Below are positions 48,422 through 58,845 of a stretch of DNA of 64,000 bases, one piece after another. The position numbers and the translations under genes are program-made. This DNA is from a bacterium (GTDB taxonomy: Bacteria; Electryoneota; Electryoneia; Electryoneales; Electryoneaceae). Within the stretch, counting starts at the first letter, position 1. Each line of letters begins with the position of its first letter. The notes beneath the pieces are model-generated. The model was given only the letters and a program-made list of their open reading frames with translations, was not told where the DNA came from and made no database searches. The DNA is taken from contig OY769902.1 of NCBI GenBank assembly GCA_963669175.1, forward strand, positions 4,928,001 to 4,992,000, given 5' to 3'.

Positions 48422-49263
48422 GGAAAACCTCAACAGGTAAAAACACAGTGCTACGATCTCTTCTAGTGGACCGGATCACATGAATCGATGGATACTGAGC
48501 TGCGCATCATCGTTCAGGACAAGGCGCATTCCTGAAGGCATAGCGGGTTATTTCAAAGGAATGGAACGCAGTCATGAACGATGAGGCGCGCTCCCTTCGG
48601 GCTTGTCACGAGGCGGCTGTCTGCTGCGTTGATTTCATTTACAGTAACCCGCTACACCTGCATGAAATCGCCTTGCACCCAACTCGCCCGTGACAAGCAG
48701 AACTCCTCGATTCATGTGATCCGTTCCACTAGTATACTAAAGGATAGTCCCGGCATTCCATGCTCGAGAGAGTTCCCCTTTCAACGCGGAGCCAGTAAGC
48801 CTCGCAACACGCAACTTCTGCTATATAAAGAAGTTGGACAATATATAAACGTAGACAAAGATCTTCTTCTGCTTACATAATGGATAGTATCAGCTCGATT
48901 TGCGAAACCTCGTCCCATTTGGATGTCAGAAGCAACTGACAATATTGTTGAGCATTCCATTGAATTTCATATAGAAATAGTAGTATCATACGCACTGCAT
49001 TGTTTTTCAAGCTCCAGACGTGGTCGGGTTCAGTTGGTCGATACTGTTGTCCTCAAGCAGAGTCAGAGAGAAGTTTTGAAAATGTTGCGAAAATACTTAA
49101 AGCACATCTTTGATTTCCGAGCGAATGATTGTATACTTTTGTGATCTGGATCACAGCCAATTTCCAGCGTTGCACCTCCTGACTGACTAATCGAGTCCGT
49201 AAGCGAATACTATGCATAATAACCTTTGGTTGCGACCCCAGGGGTGCATTGGATTCGAGGAAC

Positions 49264-52200
49264 ATGCATTCACAGCCTAAGACAACGAACCATATCTTGT
49301 TTCTTACGGTAGCGCTCTTCCTGTTGGCAGGAGTACTATCAGCGTATCTGCTATGTCCAGTCGCTTCCCAGGCTGCGACCAGGGAACTTGGGCAAACCTT
49401 CCTCCATGCCTTTGACCAGAAAGATACGGGTGGCGGGGCTCAGAATTTCGGGGTGGTGCAGGATAAAAACGGCCTGATCTACGTTGCCAACCTGATGCAT
49501 GTCCTTGAGTATGACGGCATGCGCTGGCGGCAGATTTACCATCCACAACGATTTCGTTCTTTATCCGTATGTGTTGATTCCGCCAATACTGTTTTTGTCG
49601 GTTACCAGGGCGACTTTGGTTTTCTCGAACGTGATGCTGTGGGACGCAACCAGTTCCATTCTCTAAAATCTGAACTGCCTGACACCATAGCCAATCCCGG
49701 TTATATCTGGAATGTGACTGCTGATAACCAGCATGTCTATTTCCGTTCTCCAGAAAGACTGTATCGTTGGACCCCAAACGGTTCCTCCCCGGATCAGGGC
49801 CAGCTCAGAATCTGGTCATTCCCGGCAGGAAGCCGGCTGAAGGGACCATTCATCGCCGGGCAAACCTGCCTGGTCTGGCAAAACGGTGTTGGTCTGGTCG
49901 AAGTCTGTTCCGATTCACTTCACCTGTTCCCAAATGGAAATCTGCTTGCGGATATTCCCGTTCGTTGCATGACCCCGTTGTCAGAATCGACATGGCTGTT
50001 GGCGTGTGAGGACAAGGGTTTATACCATTTCGGAAATGGATCCCTGGAACACTTGACCTGCCCCGCTGATGATTACGTCCGCAAACACTTTGCAACAAGC
50101 TGTCAACAGTTGCCGGATGGACGTATCGCATTGGGCACCCGGTATGGTGGGTTGCTTATCATTACTCGGGACGGTCAGATAAGCCGTATCATCGATAAAG
50201 CGATGGGCCTGCCCGATGATAATGTACTCGGCCCGGTATTCGTAGATGATCAGTGGGGGTTGTGGACTCCCCTGAATTACGGCATCGCTCGTGTTGAAGC
50301 TCTTTCGCCACTGGACGAATTTGGCTTCGATACCGGACTGGAAGGCAGCGTCAATTCCATACTTCGCTTCAATAAAACGATCTATGTCGGCACTTCACAG
50401 GGGCTATCCTACCTGGCTCCGGCTTCCAGGGATGGCCGCCCGGCTTCCTTCAAACGTATTCCCGGAGTCCAGGACCGTTGCTGGCAATTGCTCTCGGTTG
50501 CTGGAAACCTGTATGCGATTTTAACAGATGGGATATATAGAATTGTTGATCCAGCCAGGCCGCCTCAATTGGTGTACCAGATTGATATGGCCTACTGCGC
50601 CACTTTATCACCCGACTCCAGTCGCATGTTCATCGGCACCTATAACCAGGGCCTGCATGTCTTGAGAAATCGTGGGAATAGCTGGAAGTATGAAGGAACT
50701 GTACCGGGCACCTCAAAACAGATACTCAGGATGACCACAGACACGGAGAATAATCTGTGGCTGATGGTTGAGTATAAATTTATTGAACGCATTCACGTTG
50801 ATAATTCCACGCCGCCGGACCAATGGAAAGTCGAAGTCTATAACACCTCCGATGGTTTGCCAAAACCCAGCCTCTATTACCCGATTCTGCTGAACGACCA
50901 GCTTTTTGTCGGCTCTGTTCATGGTTTGCACCGTTTCAACGCTGCTTCAAACCGTTTTGTGCCGGATTCATCCCTTGGCGATCCCTTCGGCTCAGGCGAT
51001 AGAGGCCTCTGGAACCTGACCATGGATCCTAAAGGACGGGTATGGTTCAACTCGCAGTTCGCCAAAGGCGCCTATGTTAATATTGGCAAGAAGAAGAAAT
51101 ATGAGTTGAAATACCCGCTGGTTCGAGTAGTCGGCGGGAATTACCTGTGCTTTTACCCGGAACAGAATGGTGATGTCGTATGGGCAGGCAGTGAAGATGG
51201 TCGCCTGATCCGTTATGACCAGACGATACCTTTTCCACCTGAGACACCCTTTCCTGCCCTGATCCGACGTGTAACCATTGGTGGTGACTCCCTGCTCCTG
51301 GATGGGTCGCTGCATGGCGATGAGGAAGCAATGCGTCTTCCCTACTCGCTCAACTCATTCCGGTTTGAGTTCACCATTCCACGCTTTGATGCCCCTGCTG
51401 CGAACAAGTTCGAATACAGGCTGGTGGGATTGAGCGATTCCTGGTCGTCTTGGACGAATGAAATATACAAGGACTTCAACAGCCTTCTGGAAGGACGCTA
51501 CCGTTTCGAAGTCCGCGGCCATGATGTCTATTACCACGAGAGCGAGATCGGCGGGTTTGATTTCATCATCCTCCCACCCTGGTATCGTTCCTACTGGGCA
51601 TACTCGCTCTACGTCCTCCTATTCATCGGTGGAGTGTATCTCCTGATTAAATGGGAAATCCGGCGCGTTGAACAACGCAACCGTCAACTTGAAAAACTTG
51701 TTGAAAAACGTACCGGACAGCTTGCGGAAGCCAATAAGAAGATCCAGGAATACAATGAAACGCTTGAAGAGAAGCTGGAAGAACGGACACGTCACCTGAT
51801 CGTCAGTGAACGACAGGCTGTGTTCGGTCAACTGGTGCAGGGGATTGTGCATAACTTACGGAACCCGTTGACGACAAGCATGAACAGTGTCGAGATCATG
51901 CGCATTGCCCTCGAACGCTTCAAGCATGACAGGTTCGACTCGGCCGAAGATGAAAAGATGATGATGGAAGCGGCCTTTGAGACTGTCAGAAAATCCATAC
52001 GCTGGATGGAACAGGCCAACGATACTCTGAACGACATGATCAACACCCTTTTGACCAAGAGCAGATCAGACAAGGGTGAGAACATGAAACATGTGGACCT
52101 GAATCAACTGGTGGAAAATGAGCTCAAATTCTTGCAGGCCGATCTGCGGTTTAAGAAACTGGCGGCACGCAATCTCGAACTTGAAGACGATGTCTTGTGG

Positions 52201-52596
52201 GTCCATGTCGTTCCAGGTGAAATGACGCAGGTATTCCAAAACCTGATCCGTAACGCTGTCGATGCCATGCACGGTATGGAAGAACAACGACTCTGGATTC
52301 GCTCTTTCCGAAGAGACGGGAAGGTTTTCCTGGAGATCGAAGACAATGGTCCAGGTATCAGCGAAGAGAACCAGGAAAGAATCTTTGATCCCTTCTTCTC
52401 CACCAAGCCTGCTGAGGGTGATGATAATGCAAAACTTGGTGAGCCTAAAGGGACAGGATTGGGTCTGTGGATGTGCAAAGAAGCCATGGAAAGCTTTAAT
52501 GGCAACATTATGGTAAGAAGCACCCTGGGCAAGGGAGCCTTGTTCACACTGTCCCTCCCACTCACCGAACCAACAGAACAGGATACGGAAGAGTAG
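49264..52596 (+). CDS. Membrane sensor histidine kinase with periplasmic beta-propeller and Y_Y_Y domain
   Basis: Propeller repeats (GLPDD.V, DGLP); FEYRLVGL..SWS.W...Y.F..L.EG.Y.FEVR; PPWY TM; GIVHNLRNPL, NLIRNA, GTGLGL. Confidence 0.92.
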   Translation: MHSQPKTTNHILFLTVALFLLAGVLSAYLLCPVASQAATRELGQTFLHAFDQKDTGGGAQNFGVVQDKNGLIYVANLMHVLEYDGMRWRQIYHPQRFRSLSVCVDSANTVFVGYQGDFGFLERDAVGRNQFHSLKSELPDTIANPGYIWNVTADNQHVYFRSPERLYRWTPNGSSPDQGQLRIWSFPAGSRLKGPFIAGQTCLVWQNGVGLVEVCSDSLHLFPNGNLLADIPVRCMTPLSESTWLLACEDKGLYHFGNGSLEHLTCPADDYVRKHFATSCQQLPDGRIALGTRYGGLLIITRDGQISRIIDKAMGLPDDNVLGPVFVDDQWGLWTPLNYGIARVEALSPLDEFGFDTGLEGSVNSILRFNKTIYVGTSQGLSYLAPASRDGRPASFKRIPGVQDRCWQLLSVAGNLYAILTDGIYRIVDPARPPQLVYQIDMAYCATLSPDSSRMFIGTYNQGLHVLRNRGNSWKYEGTVPGTSKQILRMTTDTENNLWLMVEYKFIERIHVDNSTPPDQWKVEVYNTSDGLPKPSLYYPILLNDQLFVGSVHGLHRFNAASNRFVPDSSLGDPFGSGDRGLWNLTMDPKGRVWFNSQFAKGAYVNIGKKKKYELKYPLVRVVGGNYLCFYPEQNGDVVWAGSEDGRLIRYDQTIPFPPETPFPALIRRVTIGGDSLLLDGSLHGDEEAMRLPYSLNSFRFEFTIPRFDAPAANKFEYRLVGLSDSWSSWTNEIYKDFNSLLEGRYRFEVRGHDVYYHESEIGGFDFIILPPWYRSYWAYSLYVLLFIGGVYLLIKWEIRRVEQRNRQLEKLVEKRTGQLAEANKKIQEYNETLEEKLEERTRHLIVSERQAVFGQLVQGIVHNLRNPLTTSMNSVEIMRIALERFKHDRFDSAEDEKMMMEAAFETVRKSIRWMEQANDTLNDMINTLLTKSRSDKGENMKHVDLNQLVENELKFLQADLRFKKLAARNLELEDDVLWVHVVPGEMTQVFQNLIRNAVDAMHGMEEQRLWIRSFRRDGKVFLEIEDNGPGISEENQERIFDPFFSTKPAEGDDNAKLGEPKGTGLGLWMCKEAMESFNGNIMVRSTLGKGALFTLSLPLTEPTEQDTEE

Positions 52597-53389
52597 AGGT
52601 CAATCGGCAGGCAATATTCAAAATGCAAAATATTCGATAGTTCAAGACCTCTCAAAAATTGCCCCTCAGGATTTATCCCCTCTTAAAAGACACTCGAAAA
52701 ACCCCATTTTTTCTGCCACGATGAACTGCATTCAACGGCGTATCTCGTAAGTATAAAATATGTTTTGCCATTTCCAGTTTGATTGGCAGCAATTTTACCG
52801 CATTCCAACCAGTTAAGAACAAATAAGTGAGATCATGTCATTTGCTACAATAAAGCCAGCCGATCTGGCGAGATTTAATAGCTGAAGATAACTAATAGCT
52901 TTCACAATATATTTCTTCCGTTTCCTTGCCCAACTACTTCACATCCAACGGGACGATTTTGCCCATGCAATACGGTAAAAAATGCCTTTCCCAAGAGTGT
53001 TAACACCCCCTCACAATAGGGTTAGCCTTTGATTTGTACCTCCTGGAGACAGAGGCAGAAATGGAATTATTTTCGATTTTTTGAAGTTAAAGTTCTCACG
53101 ACACGAAATACCCACCCCCTAAACGCAAAATTAACAAATACCTGTAACGCACTCCCATAACTCAACACCTCGAACATTACCCGAAACTTACCGAAAGCAT
53201 CACATGAGCTTTTTGGTATTTGGACCATTTGGAGCGACGGTTGCTTTACTGGAAGTACGTGGGCCGGAACAAATCCATGGTGCTTTCTCACTGTAGAAAA
53301 TTGCTAAAGCATCCGATGAGAAGAGTTGAGACCATGGTTTAAGTTTTTTAGCGATCGGGTACGTACTACAAAATTCGAGAGGTGAAAAG

Positions 53390-53677
53390 ATGAGGACGGT
53401 GTTAGCTGCTATTTTACTGTTGACGATTCCGCTTGCATTGTCAGCTGGTGTGATTATTGTCGGTCAGGATGTTGATACAGTAGAGAAGGGTGTATTGATC
53501 GCAGAAGATGGAGATACCCTTCTCGTACCAAGCACTGTCAATCCTTATGCGATTGATGACATGGATAAAGATCTGACCATCGGCCTGTACGCAACAGAGC
53601 CACCGGACTATGATGAACCGGATTCCACTATTTACGGAACCAACTCTCCGTGCCCCCAGTGCCCGGATGAGCCGTGA
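53390..53677 (+). CDS. Small secreted hypothetical protein
   Basis: RBS GAGGTG, signal peptide, acidic body, C-terminal CPQC. Confidence 0.6.
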   Translation: MRTVLAAILLLTIPLALSAGVIIVGQDVDTVEKGVLIAEDGDTLLVPSTVNPYAIDDMDKDLTIGLYATEPPDYDEPDSTIYGTNSPCPQCPDEP

Positions 53678-54157
53678 TCCAGTAACATCTGACAACAATC
53701 TGCTGTGGTTGTTGTCTTGAGTTGTATCAGCGCCTGTTCCAGATCTGGAATAGGCGCTGTCTGTTCTCACCAATCTTTGTAACTCCTTTCCTGTTATTAT
53801 CCGCAGTCTTGAAAATAGGGTCACGTTAGAGATCAGTCTTGAAATAATACCGCGTTAGAGAGGTGTGACTGTGATATCATACCGTTGAATACCTCAATCT
53901 GACTTCGCCACCATGAGACGTTTCATCCAGGAACCAGCAAATACTCCTTTCCCATCCTTTCCGCCGGTACGAATAGGTTACAACCTGAACTGAATCGTGA
54001 TACCTATACGACTCGACGCTCTCCCCTAAGACTCTCGTAAACAATGCAAATACAACAACTAAGCAAAGAGGCATATCGGTTGCCTTTGCGATTATCGCAG
54101 ACATGTGGCAGCATGTCCATTTCATACCATACAGCGGAATAGCCAAAGGAGAGAACC

Positions 54158-54442
54158 ATGCGCGTGAGTCCAGTGCAAGGCAGTCAGATGAATCTTCGTG
54201 CCGGGAAAAGCGCTCCCGCCGCCAGGAACACGAACAACAACAGCGCCAGCCAGAGTTCCAGCCAGGCCACCTCGGACAAGGTTACGATTTCCAAAGCGGG
54301 GCGTGCAGCCGCAAATCAGAACCAGGCAGCGGCAGCAGGCCAGCAGGCAGGGATGTCCCAGGGCACCAATGCGAAAGACATGGCGAAGATCACCACCAAC
54401 TTCTCTGAACGCTCAGGCGTGACGTTTGGCGGAAAAGGCTGA
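54158..54442 (+). CDS. Small low-complexity hypothetical protein
   Basis: RBS AGGAGA; Q/S/A/N-rich with a DKVTIS motif. Confidence 0.65.
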   Translation: MRVSPVQGSQMNLRAGKSAPAARNTNNNSASQSSSQATSDKVTISKAGRAAANQNQAAAAGQQAGMSQGTNAKDMAKITTNFSERSGVTFGGKG

Positions 54443-54581
54443 TACACTTCCTGCTGAGAGTTCCTGTCTTCCTGTTGTTGGCAACGGGGTAAAGGGTCCG
54501 CTCAATACATATAACCATCGAGGGCCGATGTGATAGATCGGTCCCCTCGTTGAAGATAGAATCTCTATGCTTCAAAGAGAA

Positions 54582-54613
54582 AACCGACGTTGAGGCCAGT
54601 CTCAACGTCGGTT
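54582..54613. terminator. Intrinsic terminator
   Basis: AACCGACGTTGAG-GCCAGT-CTCAACGTCGGTT hairpin; T tract on the minus strand. Confidence 0.75.
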
Positions 54614-54638
54614 GAAGTGGGCTGTTCAGGAATACACT

Positions 54639-55199
54639 TTACAGCAGCGCCTTGATCTTTTCTTCCATGGCTGCTTTGGGCATGCCACCGACAAAACGTG
54701 CCCGTACTTTACCATCCCGATCGATGATAAACTTGGTCGGGATACCGGTAATGGGGCCATACATATTTACCACTTCGGCCGTAGCAAGAACGACCGGGTA
54801 ATTCATTCCCTGGTTTTCTGCGAAGGAGGCCACTTTGTCCGGACCTTCGCGCCCCAGCGCTGCGCCTACAAAAACGACACCCTTATCCTTGTATTCATCC
54901 TGCAGCTCAATGAAGCCGGGGATCTCAGCACGGCAGGGAGGACACCAGGTATCCCAGAAATCAAGGACGACGACCTTGCCTTTAAAGTCCGCCAATGTTA
55001 CATCGGCGCCTTTTAAATTCTGCATGGTCCAGATGGGCGCATCCTGTGCCTGATCTACAGGCATTATTCCTTCCGGCAGACCTGAATTCTGTGTTTGCTG
55101 TTGTTGAGCGTTTGCCGTTTCCGTTTTCTTGCCGCATCCTGCCAGGCAGAAAGCCAACACCAGACCAGCGATTATTATGGTCGAAGTTGCACGTCGCAT
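54639..55199 (-). CDS. TlpA/ResA-family thiol-disulfide oxidoreductase lipoprotein
   Basis: Lipobox LAGC; GKVVVLDFWDTWCPPCRAEIP; GIPT cis-Pro loop. Confidence 0.92.
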   Translation of the reverse strand: MRRATSTIIIAGLVLAFCLAGCGKKTETANAQQQQTQNSGLPEGIMPVDQAQDAPIWTMQNLKGADVTLADFKGKVVVLDFWDTWCPPCRAEIPGFIELQDEYKDKGVVFVGAALGREGPDKVASFAENQGMNYPVVLATAEVVNMYGPITGIPTKFIIDRDGKVRARFVGGMPKAAMEEKIKALL

Positions 55200-55372
55200 C
55201 GTTTTCTCCGCATGTATTTTGTTTCTTTTTTTTACGAATGGACTAACTTTCAAGATAGTTTCAATCAAAAGGTTTCGCTCTTTCTTCGATAACAGGAAAA
55301 AGGGAATAAGAGTCTTGGTTGCCACTCCTGGCAGAGAACATAATCCTGTTTAAATGTATAGATCTCATCTTC

Positions 55373-55615
55373 TTATGACGCCTGATTTGGATCCTGCTGG
55401 CTATTCCCCTGTTGTGACGCTGCTACTTTCTTTGACGACGAACTGAAAACGCCGTTTAACAGGAATCCGAACACGGCGCCATATACTGTTGAGATATAAG
55501 GATTCGACCAGAGTGGACAGGTTCCACTGAGACACCCCACCTTATACCAGTACAGAAAGCCTGCCAGCGCTCCCAGAAGCGGTAACCCAATCTTGAGAAT
55601 TCTTTTTCTGTTCAT
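55373..55615 (-). CDS. Small membrane protein with GCxxGxCP motif (DUF6132-like)
   Basis: LGALAGFLYWYKVGCLSGTCPLWSNPYISTVYGAVFG. Confidence 0.8.
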   Translation of the reverse strand: MNRKRILKIGLPLLGALAGFLYWYKVGCLSGTCPLWSNPYISTVYGAVFGFLLNGVFSSSSKKVAASQQGNSQQDPNQAS

Positions 55616-55864
55616 GAATGGCATCCTGTGTTGCAATTGTTTTCTATGTTTTGGAACGCGATGACGTTCCCCTGATAAGTAGGATGCAGTTGGCATCGAG
55701 AGGTTGCCGGGGTAATGGAGTTACCTGGAGCGACTGGATGCACCGGGGTTTGGTTTGATCAATCCGATAAAAGCACACCCCACCCCGTATCGATCCCGGA
55801 GTGGGGGATGATTTTCAACTATTGGCTTGTAAACCACTCAGCCTTTAAGATCCACTACACTTGC

Positions 55865-56269
55865 TTAGGGCCGGTAGATGATCTCGTAGACTTTGTTCTT
55901 GTCATCAAGTGTCAGGAAGAGATCACGCTTATCGTTGGAGAAGTAGATTTTCCAGTGATAAGTCTTGTAATCCGGCATGGGGCCATTACCTTCGCCGAGG
56001 TACTTTTCAGCTTGCCACTGCCCGATCTTGTTGGTCATCTTCCGGATTTCCGCCTGGTAACTGTTCAGGCTGTTGCCATCCTGGAACATCCCTTCACCGA
56101 AGTCGCGGCAATAGGTGAAAGCGTCCTGTACCATGAACCCTTCACGAAGGTTTTCGAATACCTTCTGGGCATCGTACGGTGGCGGTGGTTTTTCACAACC
56201 GCCAAAAAAGAAAAAGACGACCCCTATGGCCGCCACTAAACCTAGTACAGCAAACGTCGACTTCTTCAT
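55865..56269 (-). CDS. Hypothetical lipoprotein
   Basis: Hydrophobic N-terminus ending FGGC; normal codon usage; co-oriented downstream of the anti-sigma gene. Confidence 0.7.
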   Translation of the reverse strand: MKKSTFAVLGLVAAIGVVFFFFGGCEKPPPPYDAQKVFENLREGFMVQDAFTYCRDFGEGMFQDGNSLNSYQAEIRKMTNKIGQWQAEKYLGEGNGPMPDYKTYHWKIYFSNDKRDLFLTLDDKNKVYEIIYRP

Positions 56270-56293
56270 CGTGTTCCCCCACCGTTGAAGGAG

Positions 56294-56578
56294 TTACGCG
56301 TCTGAGGAGATACCTTTCACATGTGCCGGGATATCGAGATGCAGTTCTTTCAACAGACGCCACTGCACATCTTTCGGCACCTCCCGAGAAGGCATTTCCT
56401 GCTTAAAAATGCGAATTGTTTTTTTCAGGGAATCAATCTCAGCACAGCATTTCGGGCAGTTTTTTACATGATCCATGACTTCCTGGCAGGCTTCTCTGCC
56501 AACCTCATGGCCAAGTTGGAACTCGAGGATGTCGCAGATCTGCTCCATCGTGTGGGTGCATGGGCTTTTATCCGTCAT
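56294..56578 (-). CDS. Zinc-binding anti-sigma factor (ZAS/zf-HC2)
   Basis: HVKNCPKC (HxxxCxxC) plus extra Cys; soluble; start overlaps the ECF sigma stop. Confidence 0.85.
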   Translation of the reverse strand: MTDKSPCTHTMEQICDILEFQLGHEVGREACQEVMDHVKNCPKCCAEIDSLKKTIRIFKQEMPSREVPKDVQWRLLKELHLDIPAHVKGISSDA

Positions 56579-57249
56579 GCCGCACCTCCATCATCGGCGA
56601 TAGCCAGCTCGGCCAATCGCTTGCGTAACCGTACACGCGCCCTGTGCAAATTAGCCTTTACCGCGGAAACAGACTTCCCGGTTTCTTCCGCAATTTCAGC
56701 CATCGTCAGGCCTTCCAGATCCTTTAACACAAAAGCGGTTCGAAGGTGCATCGGCAGGGAGTAGATCGCTTTTTCCAACTCACGCCTCAGCTCTTCATTC
56801 AACGCGCTTTCCAAGGGATCCAGGTTCAACGTCTCCGCCACGAAACCCGGTGGCTCTTCTTCACTACTGTCCAGGGGATGCTCGACAATGGGTATAAAGT
56901 ACTTGCCCTTTTTTTTACGTAACTGCATCAGGGCTTCATTGGCGGCAATCCGGTGGATCCAGGTCCCAAGTTTACTATCCCGGCGAAAATCAGACAGTTT
57001 TTCGAATACCTTCAGGAAGGTGTCCTGAAGTACGCATTCCGCACCATCCTCATCCCCCATCAAGCGCAACCCAAGGTTGTACACATTCTGTTGATGATCC
57101 AGCACGATCTGTGTTTTCGCTGCTGCATCACCTTCGAGCGCGCGCGCGATGAGTTCCTGTTCCCGGGATAGTTCTTCCTCAACCTGCCGGGTCTCGTTAT
57201 CGTGTTCAGCGGTTGTTTCGTGCACCGCTGCAGCCTGCTTTTCACTCAT
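56575..57249 (-). CDS. ECF RNA polymerase sigma factor
   Basis: Region 2 LQDTFLKVFEKL..F...SKLGTWIHRIAAN; region 4 AFVLKDLEGL...EIA...VKANLHRAR..LR. Confidence 0.95.
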   Translation of the reverse strand: MSEKQAAAVHETTAEHDNETRQVEEELSREQELIARALEGDAAAKTQIVLDHQQNVYNLGLRLMGDEDGAECVLQDTFLKVFEKLSDFRRDSKLGTWIHRIAANEALMQLRKKKGKYFIPIVEHPLDSSEEEPPGFVAETLNLDPLESALNEELRRELEKAIYSLPMHLRTAFVLKDLEGLTMAEIAEETGKSVSAVKANLHRARVRLRKRLAELAIADDGGAA

Positions 57250-57410
57250 GTCCCAAACTTAGGTCAGAGTGAAGCCAAACGCCAGTCTCTCCGGTACCTG
57301 TAAGCCAGTTCTGAAAAGGAATATTTCTTTTCAGTTAACCCTTCGGTAACGGAGAAAAAGCAAGTGACAAGACTGTGATCGAACCCTCAAGTTGAGAAAG
57401 AACAAACAGT

Positions 57411-57434
57411 AAGCCGGGTGAAACCACCCGGCTT
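57411..57434 (-). terminator. Terminator-like hairpin after the glutaredoxin-like gene
   Basis: AAGCCGGGTG-AAAC-CACCCGGCTT. Confidence 0.6.
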
Positions 57435-57447
57435 CTGAAATATGTGT

Positions 57448-58089
57448 TTACAACTGCTTCAACTCGGCTAACAGCATCTCTTCGGGACGCATGCCTTCGA
57501 GGGCTGTATCTTCGTTGATGATTGTTCGCGGCACTCCCATCACATTGTACTTCTGGGAAAGCTGCGGGAACTCGGTCGCTTCCACCATATCACCAACGAC
57601 CTTATCCGATTCGAAAGCCATCTGGTGTGCCAACCGGACTGCACCCGGGCAGTAGGGGCAGGTCGGGGTTACGAACACCTGGAAATGAACAGGACTGTCC
57701 AGTGTCTTCAGGTAGGCGCGGGTATCATCAGCGAGTCCACTGTCGCCTTCGGACAACATCAGGATATCCTCGAGCAGGGTCGCAAATTCATACCCGGAAG
57801 GAATACCGTAAAAACGGATGCCATGATCAACACCATCTTCACCAACCATGACCGTCGCAGGAATCTTGTCGATATTATATTTCTCGACCATCTCCTTGTC
57901 GGTGGTGAAATTATACTTCTCCAGCTCCAGTTTATCGGAAAGCTCAGCAACTTCTTCCAGCAATTGGCCGGTTTCACGGCAGAACTGGCATTCGAGCTCC
58001 TGGGTGAAATAAATGAACTTTACCTTACCGGTCATTGGCGCGATGCGTTCCTGAATGGCGACTTTATCTTTGTCTTGAAGCAAACCCAT
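57448..58089 (-). CDS. Protein disulfide oxidoreductase (PDO / AhpF N-terminal-like, two thioredoxin folds)
   Basis: CQFC and CPYC motifs; GIPSGYEF; VMGVP. Confidence 0.92.
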   Translation of the reverse strand: MGLLQDKDKVAIQERIAPMTGKVKFIYFTQELECQFCRETGQLLEEVAELSDKLELEKYNFTTDKEMVEKYNIDKIPATVMVGEDGVDHGIRFYGIPSGYEFATLLEDILMLSEGDSGLADDTRAYLKTLDSPVHFQVFVTPTCPYCPGAVRLAHQMAFESDKVVGDMVEATEFPQLSQKYNVMGVPRTIINEDTALEGMRPEEMLLAELKQL

Positions 58090-58283
58090 GGTTGTTTTCC
58101 TTTTCTGTTTGTGCACCCATGCATTGTGTTACCTTTATGATGCACTGAGCGTCGGAAGGTTTCACCAGGGAAAAACAGATGTCGAGCCAAGCGTCTGGCA
58201 TGATGTTTTTGTACATTGATATATTGTATAGGAACCTGTTACTCCTTCCGGGGTAACGAAAAGCCAACCGAGAGGAACGGAGC

Positions 58284-58790
58284 ATGACACGCATCAGAAC
58301 ACTGGCCTCACTACTGCTGCTTCTTGGATTTGCCCTGCCTGTGCTGGCTCAGGACGGAGATAAAGCGCCGGACTTTACCCTTGAAGACATCAACGATGAA
58401 GAGATTCGCCTGACCGAAGTTCTGGAAAACGGTCCGGTACTCCTCGACTTCTGGGCGACCTGGTGTCGTCCCTGCAAGCAGGCTCTCCCGCTGTTCGCAG
58501 CCATTTATGATGATCTGAAGGACCAGGGATTCACCCTGCTCGCCATCAGTGTTGACGATACCAAGTCCATGAACAAGGTTAAACCGTACGTAAAGAGCAA
58601 CGAATGGGAGTTCCCGGTACTTTACGATCCCACCAGCGAGGTGCTGAAGTCTTTCCGTGGACGCACCGTTCCGCATGCCGTGCTGATTTCTCAGGATGGC
58701 CGGATCGTAAAAACCTGGATCGGCTACCATTCCGGCGAAGAAGAGGAAGTGCGTGCTGAAATTATGAAGCTCCTGGGTGCGAACGAATAA
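58284..58790 (+). CDS. TlpA-family thiol-disulfide oxidoreductase
   Basis: Signal peptide; APDFTL; LDFWATWCRPC; TVP. Confidence 0.92.
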   Translation: MTRIRTLASLLLLLGFALPVLAQDGDKAPDFTLEDINDEEIRLTEVLENGPVLLDFWATWCRPCKQALPLFAAIYDDLKDQGFTLLAISVDDTKSMNKVKPYVKSNEWEFPVLYDPTSEVLKSFRGRTVPHAVLISQDGRIVKTWIGYHSGEEEEVRAEIMKLLGANE

Positions 58791-58845
58791 ACGCTTTCCC
58801 GGCTTCAAACGTGAACTAACCATAACCAGCATAGGAAACAGGTAC

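Noticed and set aside
54063-54089. Riboswitch upstream of the 54158 gene
   Set aside because: Only a single hairpin (GCAAAGAGGCA..TGCCTTTGC); no recognisable aptamer consensus.
57365-57395. tRNA fragment (GGTTCGATC on the minus strand)
   Set aside because: No pairing T-stem, acceptor stem or cloverleaf.
54639-58790. Selenocysteine-containing redoxins
   Set aside because: All CxxC motifs are encoded as Cys with no in-frame TGA.
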